Of a stretch of 64,000 bases of DNA, positions 24,525 to 37,281 are shown one piece after another; positions within the stretch are counted from its first letter, which is position 1; every line of letters starts with the position of its first letter. The DNA lies in the NCBI RefSeq assembly GCF_006345805.1, contig NC_043000.1, positions 32,984,001 through 33,048,000 on the forward strand, written 5' to 3'. The notes beneath the pieces are model-generated. The model was not told the origin of the DNA, searched no databases, and saw only the letters and a program-made list of their open reading frames with translations. The stretch comes from Octopus sinensis. Its lineage: Eukaryota. Both the position numbers and the translations under genes were made by a program.

Positions 24525-24840
24525 GGTGACCCTCTTCGGTCAGACACTGACTATGGGTTTGCACCTAGAGAGTTACCCTCTGAGGCACAAGTCTGGGCAA
24601 GTTTGTTTTTTATGGAAGACCAGCAGTCGCCCATGCATACAGGCCTCCCCTCTCCACGTCACCGATGTTGTCCAAGAAAAAGGCAAGGGCCGATACAGCT
24701 TGGTACCTGTGACGTCGCAACTCATTTCTACAGCTGAGTGAACTGGAGCAACGTGAAATAAAGTGTCTTGCTCAAGAACACAACACGCAGCCCGGTCCGG
24801 GATTCGAGCTCCCAACCTCACGATCGTAAGCTCGACCACT
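24525..24840 (-). mobile_element. tRNA/CORE-type SINE family D
   Basis: B box (gctcgaatccc), core ttgtgttcttgagcaagacactttatttcacgttgctccagttcactcagctg, 3' part cttgccc...gagggtaact...gaccgaa. Confidence 0.8.
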
Positions 24841-24952
24841 ATATATGTAGTTAATCCAAACATGAAAACACAAAGAGAAAACATAACAACGCGAGAACGT
24901 GGAACAAGTAAAGTGTTATTGGATGCCCAGGAAAGGAAATAAAGAAGGAGGA

Positions 24953-24985
24953 TTTAACATTTCGAGCGGAGCTCTTCGTCAGAAA
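24953..24985 (-). ncRNA. Very small hammerhead motif in a short repeat (about 24845-25022)
   Basis: TTT-CTGACGA-A-GAGC(tcc)GCTC-GAAA-TGT-T-AAA: canonical core, 4-bp helix II, 3-bp helix I. Confidence 0.6.
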
Positions 24986-25024
24986 CAGGAAAAAGAAAGA
25001 TCCAAGGAAGGAAAGACGGAGGAA

Positions 25025-25063
<39 letters not shown>

Positions 25064-25084
25064 ATATCTATCTATCTATCTATT

Positions 25085-25461
25085 GACGCAGGCGTGGCTG
25101 TGTGGTAAGAAGCCTATTTCCCAACAACGTGGTTCGGGGTTCTGTTCCACTGCGTGGTACCTTCGGCAAGTGTTTTCTACTATAGCTTTGGGACAACTAA
25201 GCCTTGTGAGTGGATTTATATATATATATAAATACATATATTTGTGTGCGTGTATATCTGTGTTTGTTGCCCCGCCATAGCTTGACAACCGATGCTGGTG
25301 TGTTTATGTCCCCGTAAGTTAGCGGTTCGGCAAACGAAGACTGATAGAATAAGCACTAGGCTTACAAAGAATAAGTCCTGGGATCTATTTGTTCGACTAA
25401 AGGCGGCGGTGCTCCAGTATGGCCGCAGTCAGATGACCGACAGAAGTAAAAGAATAAAAGA

Positions 25462-25463
<2 letters not shown>
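25085..25463 (+). mobile_element. SINE family B, full length
   Basis: gcaggcgtggctgtgtggtaag head through gtaaaagaataaaagaat tail. Confidence 0.9.
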
Positions 25464-25501
<38 letters not shown>

Positions 25502-25660
25502 ATGTGTGCGCGCGCGTACGTCTTCTCTTCTTTATTCGTACACTATAAACAAATTCTGAAGTTTTATTTACTTTTAATTTCTCCACCCGATATACAACAT
25601 CCACGTAGCTCTGTCTCGGGTACCTTGTGTTAGCACGCAAACCCTTAACCCGCCACACTC

Positions 25661-25842
25661 GCCGCCGCCGCCGCTGCCGCTGCCGCCGCCGCTGCCGCTA
25701 CCGCCGCCGCTGCCGCCGCTACCGCTGCCGCCGCTACCGCTGCCGCCGCTACCGCTGCCGCCGCTACCGCCGCTACCGCTGCCGCCGCTACCGCCGCTAC
25801 CGCTGCCGCCGCCGCTGCCGCCGCCGCCCCTGCCGCCGCCGC
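25661..25842 (+). repeat. Interrupted (GCC/GCT/ACC)n trinucleotide repeat; CpG-rich island, candidate promoter or 5' UTR region
   Basis: About 60 GC-rich triplets in an otherwise AT-rich window, about 4.4 kb upstream of the first coding-exon acceptor. The repeat is certain; the regulatory role is inferred. Confidence 0.8.
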
Positions 25843-26125
25843 ATTTACACCGCTCCTCTCCCGCTCTTCTTCATTCATGAGTCTCGTCTTACTCTCTCAG
25901 CCGTCGCTCTCTTAACCTCCACACACACACACACAACACACACACACACACACACACTCGTAACGGCTGCTTTACCTGTCCAACAGGTTTGTCCGCCTCC
26001 ACAGCCTTTAGCTCTACCTGTCCAACCAGTATGAGTGTGTCATTGGATGTAGATAGTGAGAGCCACTTTTGGATCAAACAACCATTGAAACCACTGTTCA
26101 CTTTGGGACAAATGCAGCTCGTAAG

Positions 26126-26332
<207 letters not shown>

Positions 26333-26413
26333 TCTATCTTTTTGTAATGTCTAAGTGTGTGTGTATGTTAAATGGAATTAAAGAGAGAGAGAGAGAGAGA
26401 GAGAAAGAAAGAA

Positions 26414-26474
<61 letters not shown>

Positions 26475-26546
26475 TGGTGTAAATAAAACGTGTGTTAGAG
26501 AAAAAATGCGAGAGGAACTGGTTGTGTTAGCGTGAGTGTATGAGTG

Positions 26547-26577
<31 letters not shown>

Positions 26578-26828
26578 TGTGTGTGTGTGTGATATTGACC
26601 TTTCCTTTCTTGTTTTAGAAATTCTCGGTCTTCTCAAGCAATAAACTTTGCAAGTTACGTTAAATCTGTGGATGATTTAAAGTCTGTAAATATTGCTGGT
26701 TTATTAATACATATACTCCAAGGTAAACGTAGCTGGTTTATTAACACAAATCTATATTTCATAATCAGGTAAAGCCTTTCTAAGTTTATTTGTTTTCATT
26801 ATTTTTCGTATTGTATTACTATTATTTT

Positions 26829-26962
26829 ATTCCGCCGAGGTCGACTTTGCCTTTCATCCTTTCGGAGTCGATAAATTAAGCACCAGTTGCGTACTGGGTT
26901 GATCTAATCGACTGGCCCCCTCCCCACAAATTTTGGGCCTCCTTGTGCCTAGTGTAGAAAAG
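26829..26962 (+). mobile_element. SINE family A, 5'-truncated, alternative tail, followed by (ATT)n
   Basis: attccgccgaggtcgactttgcc...ccttgtgcctagtgtagaaa then (ATT)n to about 27057. Confidence 0.85.
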
Positions 26963-26969
26963 ATTATTA

Positions 26970-27052
<83 letters not shown>

Positions 27053-28165
27053 TATTAGAGTCCAAATTCCACCTTTACCTTTCATGTCTCCGGGGTTGAT
27101 TAAATAAGCTATCACCTAAGTACAGGTGTCAATGGTCCTTAAAGAACCCCACCCCTCAAAACTGTTAACCTTGTGCCTAAATATCTCCTATATTTGCCGT
27201 TGTTGTTATGGTTTAGCCTCTGGTCAGCCTTCAACCAGCCGACCTGCCAAAAATATTCCACCCGTGACAATCCCGTCTTTCATCTTTCAAGCATAATCTA
27301 TCGATTTTTAAACACAGTAATTTGAGGGAGATTTAGCTGCTATTACTCGAAGATCAATCTTCTATTCAAAGATTTCCTTCTTGTCTCGTGTTGTTACTTT
27401 ATTTTCTTCAGTGACGGGACGAGGGGGTGAGTGCGGCGGGCCGCCTCGTGTGACGCTTTCATGGGGCGACTCCCCCCGGGCGGCACACGCTAGCTATTCC
27501 ACTGCTTCTCTGACAAGTTTTTCGGGAAGAGAAGGCACTCAGCCGCCATAGGCAGTCGTGGTTTTGTACAGACATGACACCACCACCACGACCACCACTA
27601 CCACCACCACTACCATCACCATCGTCAACACCAATGTTATTGTTTGTGGTCATTCTTATGGTACAGCTGTAGGCCCAGGACAGGAATAAAAATGACAAAA
27701 AGAAAAGAAAAACATTGTTTAACTTCTTCCATCTGCATTCCAAGTTCAAATCATGTGGAATTGGCTTTCTTTTCCATCCCATCAATCCCCTACACAGTTA
27801 TTCTGCCTGCTAGAAACAACAACCAACTCTTCTACCACGTGTTTCCTGCACATGTCCACTAACAGCTGGTCAAACAGACCATTAAGTGTTCCAGATTGAC
27901 CAGACTCTGAGGTCACTGCGTCTTCCTCCTGACAAAACATACATACATACGTACATACATACACACACATACATACACAGACATACATACATGCATGTAT
28001 ACATACATACATATTTATATACATATTCGTATGCATAATATATACATACACACACACATGATCCCCCCTCTCTCTATATATATAAATGCATTTTTATATG
28101 CATGTATATAAACATGCATATATGTATATATACACATACATACGAACTTACATACACACACACAC

Positions 28166-28204
<39 letters not shown>

Positions 28205-28584
28205 CACACACACACACACCAGACTTTCACAAGAAGACTTGTGTCTGTGACTTCGAAGTTTCGGCCTGTAAGCATTCGTCTGACGAAATTGTTTTTATTA
28301 GAAACGTTTAAATGTAATAAAAAGACTTTACTCCAGCATTTATCATTTTGTGTAGAATATGTGTTTTATATTATAATTCGATTACTATGAAAATTAAAAT
28401 TATTCACTTCTGTTATCAAGAAGATTTTAATCTGTTATGCTTCTGCTCATGCTGGAGCAATGGCATAATAAGCCATCGATCTCTTCAGTCATCGATTAAT
28501 TGTTAAGATCCATCTTTATTATTCTCCAGTTTCCATCCTCAAACATTTTAAAACATTCCTTCGTAGTTCTTCAGTCCACCATCT

Positions 28585-28697
28585 ACCCCACCCCGCACGA
28601 TCACACCCCACCCTGCACTTTCACACCCCACCCCGCACGATCACACCCCACCCCGCACGATCACACCCCACCCCGCACGAGCACACCCCACCCTGCC
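28585..28697. repeat. 20-bp minisatellite (CACCCCACCCCGCACGATCA) x about 5.5
   Basis: Direct tandem copies with single-base variants; the minus strand is G-rich. Confidence 0.92.
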
Positions 28698-29792
28698 TCT
28701 TGTTCGATCAATAGACACAAACTGATCGAACTCCGTCAATGAATATCAATCACGCTGCGTCTAATGTGTAATGTTGTTGTTATAGGGAAGCGAGATAGAA
28801 AACATCTTAATTCAATGAGAAATTAATTTACGTTAATTGTAAAAGGGTGAAAGGTGATATCCTGGCGGTACTGTTTAACCCAAGGTCAGCCTTGATCGAG
28901 CAAGTCAAAGAAATTCCAGTCATGACCATTTAACTGATTTGCAGAGAGTATGTAGGTCTACAATATTCACTGAGTTCAACTAGTTTGAGGAAGATTATGC
29001 TGTCATTTTGAGTAGATGGGGTAATTACGTAGAGGCTCCTTTGTTGGTGCGAGAGTTTTATTAATCGTAATTAGTAGTAGTGGTGATAAATGTAATTAAT
29101 GGAGTTGAAAACTGTAATTAGTGGAAGCGATTATTGATTAGACGTCTTATACAAGACAAAACTCATTTGAAATGGTTTACGCAGCTTGTTTATTAATTTT
29201 CATTTATGGTGTTGAAGATCTGGTTACATGATATTGACTTTAAAGTGGAGAGTTGCACAGAAAACGTCCCCTGTTTTAGACGGTCATTAGTGTCTTCATT
29301 TAGCCTGTATAGTATGATTTTTTTTTTAGGTACTGTTATTGTTTGGACTAGTGGGCATCGTGTGTTTAATGTTGCAACATCTGTCAAGAATGGTGAATTT
29401 AGGAGGGTTCTTTTGCCTGTAACATTACAAAATATTAATTCTGGAGGATTCTATGATGTTGCCTTGTCTAGTCTTCTGCTAAAATTCCATCCACGTCTGC
29501 TAGTTCTTATAGGAATATTAAATTAACCTTACTATCTTACAAATACTTTGTCTTATTGACTCCAGAAAGCTGAAACGTGAAGTTAACTTCAGTAGTATTT
29601 GAACTCAAGACGTAAAGAAATAACTAAACAACGCGTGAATTTTGTGCGATACTCTAATGATTCTGCTAAGACAATCATAAAACTAAATTTGTGTGGAAAC
29701 GTTACAGGTGTATCATAACAAAGAGACTTATCTTAAATATGGCAGCTTTTGATTTGGGCTGAGAATTTGTATAACAAACAACATTCAAATAG

Positions 29793-30030
29793 CATTATTT
29801 ACATTATTTACATTTGACGATATTTGTCCACATTTTGTTTGTTGTTAACACAACGTTTCGACTGATATACCCTCCTGCCTTCATCAGGTGTCTTGGGGAA
29901 ATTTCGAACCTGGGTTCTCAGTCCTAAGGTATTTTTCGATGTTGTTATTATTATTATTATTATTATTATTTAGGTCACTGCCGGGAATCGAACTCGGAAT
30001 CTTGGGGGTTAGTACGCCATATACCCGTGG
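29793..30030 (-). mobile_element. tRNA-headed SINE carrying a hammerhead motif in its 3' part
   Basis: Minus strand: ggcgta(deleted A box)ctaacccccaagattccGAGTTCGATTCCCggcagtgacct, (AAT)n, body, hammerhead, (aaatgtaaat)n tail; same body as the 20736 arms. Confidence 0.85.
29847..29892 (-). ncRNA. Minimal hammerhead motif (helix II slightly damaged)
   Basis: GACAC-CTGATGA-A-GGCAG(gagggtatat)CAGTC-GAAA-CGT-T-GTGTT. Confidence 0.6.
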
Positions 30031-30348
30031 GAAATTATGGTGTGAATTTTTAGGGCTTATAGATCTAATAACTGTATTCAAATAGCAGTTCTGAAAAAAA
30101 GTTTCTGGATATTTCTAGCAAGACAGCTTATCTGAGAGCGAAATCGTAAACCCATTTTTTCAATGTTTCATGTTACGTAACAGAATGAAGTATAAGAACA
30201 TTCGATCATTATCTAACTTTATTTAACTTATTGTATATTTAATCGTTATTGTTTCTTCTTTTACAGAGAATTTTTGTTAATTAAAACCGAACGGCTTCCA
30301 AGGAGAAGACCTAACCCCAATCATCTTTACAAAAGAAACCAAAGCAAG

Positions 30349-30757
30349 ATGGAGGTCCAATACTACAGCGATATCACCCGAGTATATCACACAAACTACG
30401 TGAGAAACTCGCGTGCTATCGCTGTGTTGTGGGGCATTTTTACAATCTGCTTCACACTGTTAAATATTGTCGTCTTCATTCAACCTCAATGGTTTGGTGA
30501 TACAATGAACTCGCCGGATATAGGTTTCTTCGGACTGTATGAATACTGCGAAAGAACTGCCGGATCTACCGATTTCCGATGTATTGGGGAATTTACTAAT
30601 ATGGAGTCTATACTGAATGCTTCATTTAAGGCGGCCGGATTCTTCGTTGGTTTCTCAGCTCTGTTGTTTATTATTTGCGTACTTTGCTTGTTACTGTTCT
30701 TCTTCCTAAATACTGCAACAGTCCTCAAGATATGTGGATGGATACAAACATTATCGG
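30349..30757 (+). CDS. LHFPL3: LHFPL3/4/5 (TMHS)-family tetraspan membrane protein, coding exon 1
   Basis: [35 protein letters not shown]...QPQWFGD...GFFGLYEYC...FKAAGFFVG...FFFLNTATVLKICGWIQTLS closely follows vertebrate LHFPL3 ([23 protein letters not shown]). Acceptor ttttacag at 30266, ATG at 30349, donor G/GTGAGT at 30758 (phase 1). The symbol denotes the co-orthologue of LHFPL3/4/5. Confidence 0.95.
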
Positions 30758-31334
30758 GTGAGTTCTACAAATATTTCAAGGCACTAAATTTATGGAAATA
30801 ACATCAAACTATTATATATAATAAAGGGGACACTTACGTGGTTGACCGACCTACTAGAAATTTCTCCCTAAATCAAATTTAATGAATAAAGGACAGACGA
30901 GTCAGTAGGGGACCCACAATGTAAATACTCAGATTTCTCAAGAAACAGCAGCCAAACTCACCTAAACTCACATTCTATAATGTTACAAAGAAATAACACA
31001 TAAGATAATGCGGATCTGTATTACCCCTTCAAAGGACGAGTCGATGAATCATTGGTCTGTTTGGCCAATCGTTGATCCGTTTAGTCAACGCCAACGTTTC
31101 TATCAGTCAAACCACGTTATTTCAGGGAAATCTTTTAACTATTCAACACTGATGAGAAAACAGTTAATTAGTCAAACACGGTTTTATATATTCCGATAGT
31201 GGACATAGAAACTGTAGCGTACCATAGCGTGGTATAGTATACTGTAAGGTGGGATAGCGTACTATGGTGTACTTATGCGTATTATACTAAAGCGTAATGT
31301 AGGACACAGTAGTGTTATTATAGTTTGTTTTATT

Positions 31335-31790
31335 AGTTAGTCCATCGTTGTAGACGATGATCAAGGCCATCAGATGGGAGAAAAAGACAGGGCACCGTGT
31401 CTCTGTGGCCGATCAGTCCAATGCATGCTGGGAAGGCTCTGCCGCAGGTCGGGTGGATACTGGTGGTCTGCTGGGACCGAAGGCAAAGAGGTGGCTTTGG
31501 ACTTGCGCAGTCCGCATTCTCTTTCTGCCCCTGCAATCCCGTTCTGTTTGTAGGAAGTGCCACCTCTGTTGGTGCAGTGCCGCCAAGATGGGTGGTCTTT
31601 TGCTTGCATTTCCCAGGTGTTGAGGTTCATCTCAAAGCTCTTTGGTGAGGCTTTGAGTATGTCCTTGAAGTGCGTTTTCTGTCCACCTTGCATGCACTTG
31701 CCTTCCACCACTTTGCTGTAAAACGGAGAGTCTCGTGTCAGACATTCGAACAGGGTGGCCCGCCCACCTGACTTGGGATCCCCTCAGCCG
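31335..31790 (-). mobile_element. RTE/BovB-like LINE 3' end
   Basis: GGQKTHFKDILKAS...WEMQAKDHPSWR, followed by a degenerate C-terminal C2H2 region. Confidence 0.75.
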
Positions 31791-31946
31791 TGTGTCAATG
31801 CGTATTACAACCCCTTTATAGGGGTGTATTGTGGCGCATTGTGGCGACGCTATGGTTACTATAGGGACAATAGAGATTATAGTGTACCCAAACAGGCCAA
31901 AGTCGCTATACTACCCTATAGTTTACAATAGTACGTTGGTCACTTT

Positions 31947-32268
31947 GTGAAGGTACGTGGCTTAGTGGTTTAGGTATTCGGCTCACGGTCGTAGGGTCAT
32001 GAGTTCAATTCCCGGCAGTACGTTGTGTCTTTCAGCGAGAGATTTTATTTCACATTCCTCCAGTCCACTCAGCTGGCAAAAATGAGTTGTAATTAAAAAG
32101 AGTCGACCTTGTCACATTCAGTGTATCATGCTGAATTTCCCGGAGAACTACGTTGAGGGTACACGTGTCTATGGTGTACTCAGCCACTTATGTATTAATT
32201 TCACGGGTAGGCTGTTCCATTGATCGGATCAACTGGAACGCTCATCGTCGTAACCGACGGAGGGCCAG
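31947..32268 (+). mobile_element. tRNA/CORE-type SINE, family D-related
   Basis: gtgaaggtacgtggcttagtggtt A box, gagttcaattccc B box, ttatttcacattcctccagtccactcagctgg core. Confidence 0.75.
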
Positions 32269-32521
32269 CCCTTATTTCAACCACAGTACTATAATCACTA
32301 AGTGCATACCAGCTGTTGTAATTTTTTGGTATAGCCCCTGGTCAGCTTTCATTAACCAGGCAGTTACTAAAAAACATACCGGTGATGTCCATCCGACCTC
32401 AGTATTAGTTTAGAATCACATCAAAGGATTTGAGGAAAATTTAGCTGCTATTTGTAGCAAGTCGAGCTATTTGTATTCAGCGTATTTCTACAGAAATAGG
32501 GTTGAGTACATTTGAATGTTA

Positions 32522-32603
<82 letters not shown>

Positions 32604-33179
32604 TTATCTATCTATCTCTGTCTGTCTGTCTGTCTATCTATCCACGCACGTACGTACCTACATACCTATCTACCTACCCACTCCCCTACCTACCTACCTA
32701 CCTACCTACCTACCTACCTACCCACCTACCTACCTACCTACCTACCTACATATCTATCTACCTACTACCTACCCCCTCTCTCTCTTTCTACACACACACA
32801 CACACATACACACATATGAGGACAAAGACAGTCACACTAAATACCATAGGAAACGAACTCTTGATCCATCGAAATTCTCTTCGCTTCGCTTAGAATCGCT
32901 TAGACTCGAGATTGCGTCACTTATAAATATTTATTGGAAGTTTCTAGTCTGTTTGTAGCGTGGCCATTGTATCTATTTTATATTATTGTTGATGAATGCA
33001 TGGCGTAAGTGCTTTGACGTTACCTTTAGACAGGGATGAGTGTACAAGCATTGTTCCGTATGTGCAATCATCCGTAAAGAGATAGATATTTGGATAGACA
33101 GTATGCAAATGTAACAATGTGGATGCAATATTCTTGCAAAGATGCCCAAATGCCTTTCCATACATACATTATATTCACA

Positions 33180-33417
33180 TCCATACACTCACACAGCCAC
33201 ACACACACGCACATACAAACATACACACACATACACAAGTATACATAGGCACACGCACATACACTCATACGTACACACACACACTCTCACACACACACAT
33301 ACACACACGCACAAACATACACACACAAACATGCACGAGTATACATAGGCACACGCACATACACTCAAATGTACACACACATACTCACACACACACACAA
33401 ACATACACACACACAAG

Positions 33418-33448
<31 letters not shown>

Positions 33449-34600
33449 GATATATATATATATATATTTATATATATATGATATATGTATACATAATATG
33501 TATACAAATACATGTATATATGTATATATAGACACATATGTATTTATATAAAATCTAGATTGAAGGAATGGATGCTACACCAACCAATATGGGGCCATAT
33601 ACATATATATATATTTCTTTACTACCCACAAGAGGCTAAACACAGAGGGGACAAACAAGGACAGACAAACGGATTAAGTCGATTACATCGACCCCAGTGC
33701 GTAACTGGTACTTAATTTATCGACCCCGAAACGATGAAAGGCAAAGTCGACCTCGGCGGAATTTGAACTCAGAACGTAACGGCAGACGAAATACGGCTAC
33801 GCATTTCGCCCGGCGTGCTAACGTTTCTGCCAGCTCGCCGCCTTTACAGGCACACGCACATACACTCATACGTACACACACACACTCACACACACGCGTA
33901 CACATGCACACACAAACATACACACACACATGCACAAGTATACATAGGCACACGCACATACACTCATACGTGCTCACACACACTCACACACACATGCACA
34001 CACACATACACACACATGCACAAGTATACATAGGCACACGTACATACACTCATACGTACTCACACACACTCACACACACATACACACACATACACACACA
34101 TGCACAAGTATAGATAGGCACACGCACACACACTCACACACACATATCTATATGTTTAAGCTCATTCATTTGTATGTATCTCCAAATCGTATCTCCAAAT
34201 ACATACACACACCCTTATACAAGGACGTACACACACACACACGCACACACACACACATACACAGGTATACATAGGCACACGCACATACACTCATACGTAC
34301 ACACACACATACACACACAAACATACACACACACATACACACACACAAACATACACACACATGCACAAGTATACATAGGCACACGCACATACACTCATAC
34401 GTACACACACACACACACGCACACACACACACACACACATATCTATATGTTTAAGCTCATTCATTTGTATGTATCTCCAAATCGTATCTCCAAATACATA
34501 CACACACCCTTATACAAGGACGTACACACACACACACGCACACACACACACACGCACACACACACACACACGCATATACACACATATAACACACACAATA
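33180..34600. repeat. Complex CA-rich minisatellite with a higher-order duplication, interrupted by a SINE
   Basis: Unit tgcacaagtatacataggcacacgcacatacactcatacgta repeated about 8 times; an about 100-bp block recurs at about 34144 and 34440. Confidence 0.85.
33612..33842 (-). mobile_element. SINE family A, full length
   Basis: Reverse complement of the 8268 copy with high identity. Confidence 0.92.
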
Positions 34601-35113
34601 TTTGAAATAGAGAAATAGAGAAAGAAAGAAAGAAAGAAAACAAGAAAGAATGAAAGAAAGAAAGAAAAAGAAAGAGAGGGAGAGAAGTGGGAACTGTGTA
34701 AAGACATCTGATAATTCTAGAAAATGGTAAGTTTACACGAATTTCTTTTCGTGGCCGTTCTTACACAGTTATTATTCAATTATGCATTAGAGGAAGAGAC
34801 GTTGAGAATATAAAAGCGTGTTCTGTGCGGTCGCATCCATAAATCACAGTCTCTAACACACACACTGCAAACATAAACACGGAACATTATTTAAATTTCA
34901 ATCTTTCGCAAACCAGACAAGAATGTTAGCGTTTAACTTAGGATTCATACGTCTAATGTAGATAATGGTTATTAGTCTTTCGAAGTAACTATTAACTATT
35001 CAGCGCACAGAATGGAAAGACAGGCTGATGGCATTCGTGGGCAATAAAGGTAAAACATTCACACACACACACCACACACTCACACACACACACGCACACA
35101 TATCCGTCTATGT

Positions 35114-35151
<38 letters not shown>

Positions 35152-35170
35152 GTGTGTGTGTGTGTATGTG

Positions 35171-35205
<35 letters not shown>

Positions 35206-35485
35206 ATGTGTGTGTGTGTGTGTGTGGTGTGTGTGTGTGTGTGTGTGTTTGACGCCCTCGTTCCACGCTTGCGTGGATCAGCCGGAATTTGCCGAGGCGG
35301 ATTTTCTATGGCCGGATGCCCTGTGTGTCACCAACACTCACCAGTTTCTATGGAAACCAGGAAACGAATAACATCGCTTGTACGATAGTGATGCTTATTT
35401 CGGACAACAAGACAAGGGTACATACCAGTTCAAACAAACTCACTCTCTTTCTCTCTTATGCACACACACACACACACACACACAC

Positions 35486-35523
<38 letters not shown>

Positions 35524-35789
35524 CTCACTCACGCACACACACACGTATAAATGTAGGACAGGATTCCTTATTTCAAGCTTTTGGTTGACTTTGGGTTGAA
35601 GTAGAAGACACTCGATGTGTTACGCAGTGAGACTGAATTCAAGATCACGTGGTTGGGGAGAAGCTTTCTTAGCCACACAGCTGCGTGTGTGTGTGTGTGT
35701 GTGGTGAGTGTGTGTGTGTGTCTGTGTGTGTGTGTGTGTGTGTGTACAAAGTACATTCCAGAAGAAACTTTTCCTGGGGAGAAAATATT

Positions 35790-36520
35790 TTCAAAGATGT
35801 CCAAAACTCTGATCCTCTTCAAAGCAGGATCCTCTGACTTCAATGCATTTATTGTAGCGCTCAACCATTTCATGAAGGCCCCCTTCAAAGTGGAGGCGGC
35901 TAGGACCCTTATCACAACCTCCTTCATCTTCTCAGTGTCTTCAAAACGACTATCTCTCAGGTTCTCCTTCAGTTTCGCAAACAAATAAAAGTCAAAGGGC
36001 CTAAGTTCTGGACTGTGAGGTGAGGGGCATGAGGGATATTTTTGATGGCCATCCCTGTCAAGAAGTGGGTTACAAGTAAGGAATTGTGGACTGTTGCCTT
36101 ATCCTGCTGCGGGTTCCATCGACCCGAGTGGAAGATCTTTAGTCTTTTGCGACGAAATCTCTTCCTGAACTCTCTCAAAATCCCTATAAGGTACCCTTTG
36201 TAGACTGTGTGACTAGAGGGAACCCAGTGGAACTAGATGCTATCCTTGCTATCACAAGAAGGGACATTCTTGAGCTTTCCGTTGGACTTACTTTGCCTAA
36301 CCCTCTTGGATGTGGGGGAACTAGGATGCTTCCATTGGGCACTCAGTCCCTTGGTCTCAGACTCATAGCAGTAGATCCTGCTTTCGTCGCGGGTCATCGT
36401 AGAATCATTTACTCTTGGCCTGGAGGTTATCAACTCAACCATCTCCCTGCTCTCACCAACTCCTTCTGCGAACAAACATTGCACAAATTTTGCGCTTGTT
36501 CAGATCTTCACGAATAATTC
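35790..36520 (-). mobile_element. Mariner-type transposase remnant (catalytic domain)
   Basis: TRDESRIYCYESETKGLSAQWKHPSSP...QSKSNGK; QQDKATVHNSLLVTHFL...PHAPH; FAKLKENLRDSRFED. Confidence 0.8.
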
Positions 36521-36857
36521 TGTCTATAGTTATCATTCCATTTCCAAACTGTTTGCTTATCATCTTTGTATACAGACGATGTTCTTCATTCTGAAAATTT
36601 CGAATATTCTTAATCTCACATTCTTCTCCTTCCTACAACTCTTATCATCTCTCACCTCTCTACCTCTCTGAAACCTTTTGTGCCTTGGAGCAGTTCATAA
36701 GTTTCAGTAAAACTTGATTACACAACGAGATCTCAAATTGTCTTCACGTCCCGACTCTTGAAACCAGCCACCTGTGACAAGAACTGTTTAGGAGAATGTG
36801 TTCAAAGTAATGTTACAACTGTTTCTTTCAATTTGGAATGAAAAAAAGTTGGCAGGT

Positions 36858-37281
36858 CTTTTACTTGTTTCAATCATTAGATTGCGGCCATGCTGGGGTA
36901 CCGCCTTGAAGAATTTTGTTTTTTAGTCGAATCTATCGACCCCAGTAATTATTTTGTTTTAAAGCTTAGCACTTATTCTATCGGTCTCTTTTGCCAAACC
37001 GCAAAGTTACGGGGACGTAAACACACCAACACAGGTTGTCAAGGGGTGGTGTGTGTGTGTGGGGGGGAGCAAACACAGATGTAAAGAGACACACACACAC
37101 ACATACACATATATATACGACTAGTTTCTTTCAGTTTCCGTCTACCAAATCCAGTCATAAGGCTTTGGTTGGACCGAGAATATAATAGAAGACACTTGCC
37201 CAAATTGCCGCGCAGTGGGACCGAATCCCGAACCAAGAGGTTGGGAAGTAAGGTTCTTACCACACAGCCACGCCTGCGCCT
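36858..37281 (-). mobile_element. SINE family B, full length
   Basis: Reverse-complement head ggcgcaggcgtggctgtgtggtaag, body and tail. Confidence 0.88.

Noticed and set aside
25627-26034. Arg/Cys/Tyr-rich ORF (+) and poly-Ala ORF (-)
   Set aside because: Both are produced by the GCC repeat and run into CA repeats; no evidence of splicing into a coding frame.
28585-28697. CRISPR-like array
   Set aside because: Head-to-tail repeats with no unique spacers, in eukaryotic DNA with no cas genes.
30274-30348. N-terminal extension of the LHFPL ORF from a TTG start
   Set aside because: Homology starts just after ATG 30349; the upstream part is most simply 5' UTR, although an in-frame upstream coding exon cannot be excluded.
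30486-30728. Antisense 80-aa ORF within exon 1
   Set aside because: A shadow ORF of the real coding strand.
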